Origin: Anthoceros angustus
Taxonomy: Eukaryota; Plantae; Anthocerotophyta
Reading direction: 5' to 3'
DNA: 64,000 nt
Assembly (NCBI GenBank): GCA_010909165.1
Contig: MU008153.1
Location: 620,001-684,000 of the forward strand
A program made the position numbers and the translations under genes. Below are positions 62,044 through 64,000 of this stretch, in pieces (within the stretch, counting starts at the first letter, position 1; the number at the start of each line of letters is the position of its first letter). The notes beneath the pieces were generated by a model, which was not told where the DNA came from, ran no database searches, and saw nothing but the letters and a program-made list of their open reading frames with translations.

Positions 62044-63503
62044 CACTTAGCCCTCGTGTCTTGCATCCACGAGGAGCAAAGCACTTATGAAACACTGTCA
62101 GCCAGCGTGCGGTGGAATCGAAGCATGGCCGAGGCTCCGCGCTAGGCCGTCCCTGCGCCATCCCCCTCGGCGCCAGCGACATTCGATGTTCCTTTGTGCT
62201 GAGGCGTAATCCCATGTTGTGGCTGTGATATCCTGTTGTGTCTCTATACCACTAGGATCCCATGGCTTTAGGATTTAGACTTGGGGACCCTATCCCTTTT
62301 CTTGCTTGGAGACTTTGTTCCTTGCTTGGGCAAACTGTCTCTAGAATTGGGGGCTCTGTCCCTTCTTTTCTTTTGCATCTCGACCCATTCATTTGGACGC
62401 ACTGGACTCCCTACGGCGAGTTCTACTGCGAGAGAGAACTTTTTGCACAATGGTAATGGTAATATATGCAATCCTTTAGAGTGGTATACTACCATGAATA
62501 GCTCTACATCGCTAAATCTTTTGCACACTGGAAACCATATATCATCAAGGCAAAAGATTACAATTGCGACAAGAATTACCATAAGTGTGAGAGTTAGAAC
62601 CCCCAAAAGATTCAAAATGAACCCCAAAAAGATTACGTCAAGTAGTTGCGCCGGATAGGCAGACATGATCAAATATATTCAAAGTAAAAGATCGCAATTG
62701 CAATGAGAATTATCATCCATGCGAAAGTTACATTCCTCAAAAAGATTCAAAACGAACCCCAACATGATTATGTCAAGCAACTGCGCCTTGGACTACGTCA
62801 CATACCCTGCCTACCGACCGCGACTATCTATTTAATCCATTACGGGAATGAAGCTAAGGAATAACACACAGTAGTTTGGTATTCACCTGTAGACTATGGA
62901 ATGTCTCAAACTGAAACGGTCTCACACTATAATTGGCTTATTGGCAAGTGTTTTGCTCACCGGAGCTTTTCCAACTGTTACTAGAATCACACACAAAATA
63001 GATTGTTGGATAGAGATTTGGCTGGAGAACTTTGATCATAAGATTTTAAATTTGAAAAAAAATTGAAAACTTAATTTAAAATAATATTTAAAAAATTATA
63101 CTTCTGAAAAACAGCCCGTGGTTCGGGGTTAAGAGTTCTGGGAGACGTCTAAAGGCGAGATCCGCATCCTATGAGTGAGCCATGTACATACCAAGCAAGG
63201 ATATGTATTGAGAGTTGGGAGGGTGGATAATAATAGTCAGGCGAAAGTTCTCAACGGCGAAAGCAACAGGCTTCGACGGCGGCGTAACTTCCACCAAATT
63301 GCAGAGAGGCGTAGACGTGATCAGGAGGAGGAGTGGAGGTGACGAAGTCGGGAGTAAGCGCTGTACGGCACGCGGGTTTGTGAACGTGAACACCCTTGAG
63401 CACCATTCCGATACGATACTTCGGCATATCACGTTCACCACACGTTGCGACTGGTGGATCTACCAACACTTCTGTTTGCCGCTGCGTCTACGCTGTTTGC
63501 GCG

Positions 63504-64000
63504 ATGTCTGCTTCTGGGATTCAGGGCCAGGTGCTCGAGCTCACGGGTAAGTGTTAGGCTATGCCGGCTGGATCATGTGTTCGTGCTGCTCGTGTCTCTG
63601 TGTTGCTCAGGTTTCCGTCTTGGTTAGCGGTGTGGGAAATGAGCAATTGGAGGAGGAAGCGAGGATGTGAAGGGGTGTTGCCGTGTTGTGGCAGTGGTTG
63701 GAGCGAGAAACCTGAGGGATAAAGAGTGGATCTCGCGGCAAGACCCCTACGTGATTGTCGAGTATGGCCACAACAGGTTTCGGACAAGGACTGATACAGG
63801 TGTGATGGCTTGCCTTTGTTTTGTTGCTCAGTGGCATATTGGAGGGACATGGAAGGTTTAAGTGAGCTGTGGTTTGGTCGTAAAATCAGATGGGGGAAAG
63901 AATCCATCGTTCAATGATAAGTTCGCGCTGCCGCTGATTGAGGGGCTCCGGGAGGTACATGTGCAAGTGTGGAACAGCAACATGACGTTCGACGACTTTA
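63504..64000 (+). CDS. C2 (CaLB) domain protein, 5' part, runs off the window (exons 63504-63546, 63695-63799, 63890-)
   Basis: Spliced: MSASGIQGQVLELT V VGARNLRDKEWISRQDPYVIVEYGHNRFRTRTDT D GGKNPSFNDKFALPLIEGLREVHVQVWNSNMTFDDL. Confidence 0.9.

Noticed and set aside
62268-62672. 134-aa hydrophobic ORF after the copia 3' LTR
   Set aside because: No recognisable motif or splice support; it lies in repeat-containing TE-like flank.

Overview
Compact, spliced eukaryotic DNA from a non-seed land plant. This is an inference from mostly 65-130-nt GT-AG introns, GC-rich exons, tight gene spacing and an AGlcS/Tft1-type GT2; it is hornwort-like but unproven. Recognisable genes in order: intronless AT-rich SFT2/Got1, ricin-B-lectin receptor-like pseudokinase, trihelix fusion gene, NADP-malic enzyme, URB2, At5g64230/At3g19920-like gene, cellulose-synthase-like GT2 (AGlcS-like), intronless ABCF3, an 11-exon unknown gene absent from the ORF track, AAGAB/p34, a DHHC S-acyltransferase, a full-length Ty1/copia element with TSD, and the start of a C2-domain gene. 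Best novelty candidates: (1) 10632-12788, where two adjacent in-frame ORFs join through a clean 129-nt intron into a 675-aa protein with two SH4/ASR3-type trihelix domains, a coiled-coil stalk and a fungal-type Mug135_C-like C-terminal domain, i.e. the stalk+CTD architecture of the fission-yeast meiotic driver Tdk1/Mug135; (2) an unrecognised two-exon gene family (3 intact plus 3 degenerate copies) embedded in a scrambled 30.9-39 kb mosaic of inverted GT2 fragments; (3) an R-type lectin pseudokinase receptor; (4) a cryptic 328-aa gene with an NleG/U-box-like tail. Several segments (URB2 triplication, copia ORFs) carry 1-3-nt deletions that may be long-read consensus errors.
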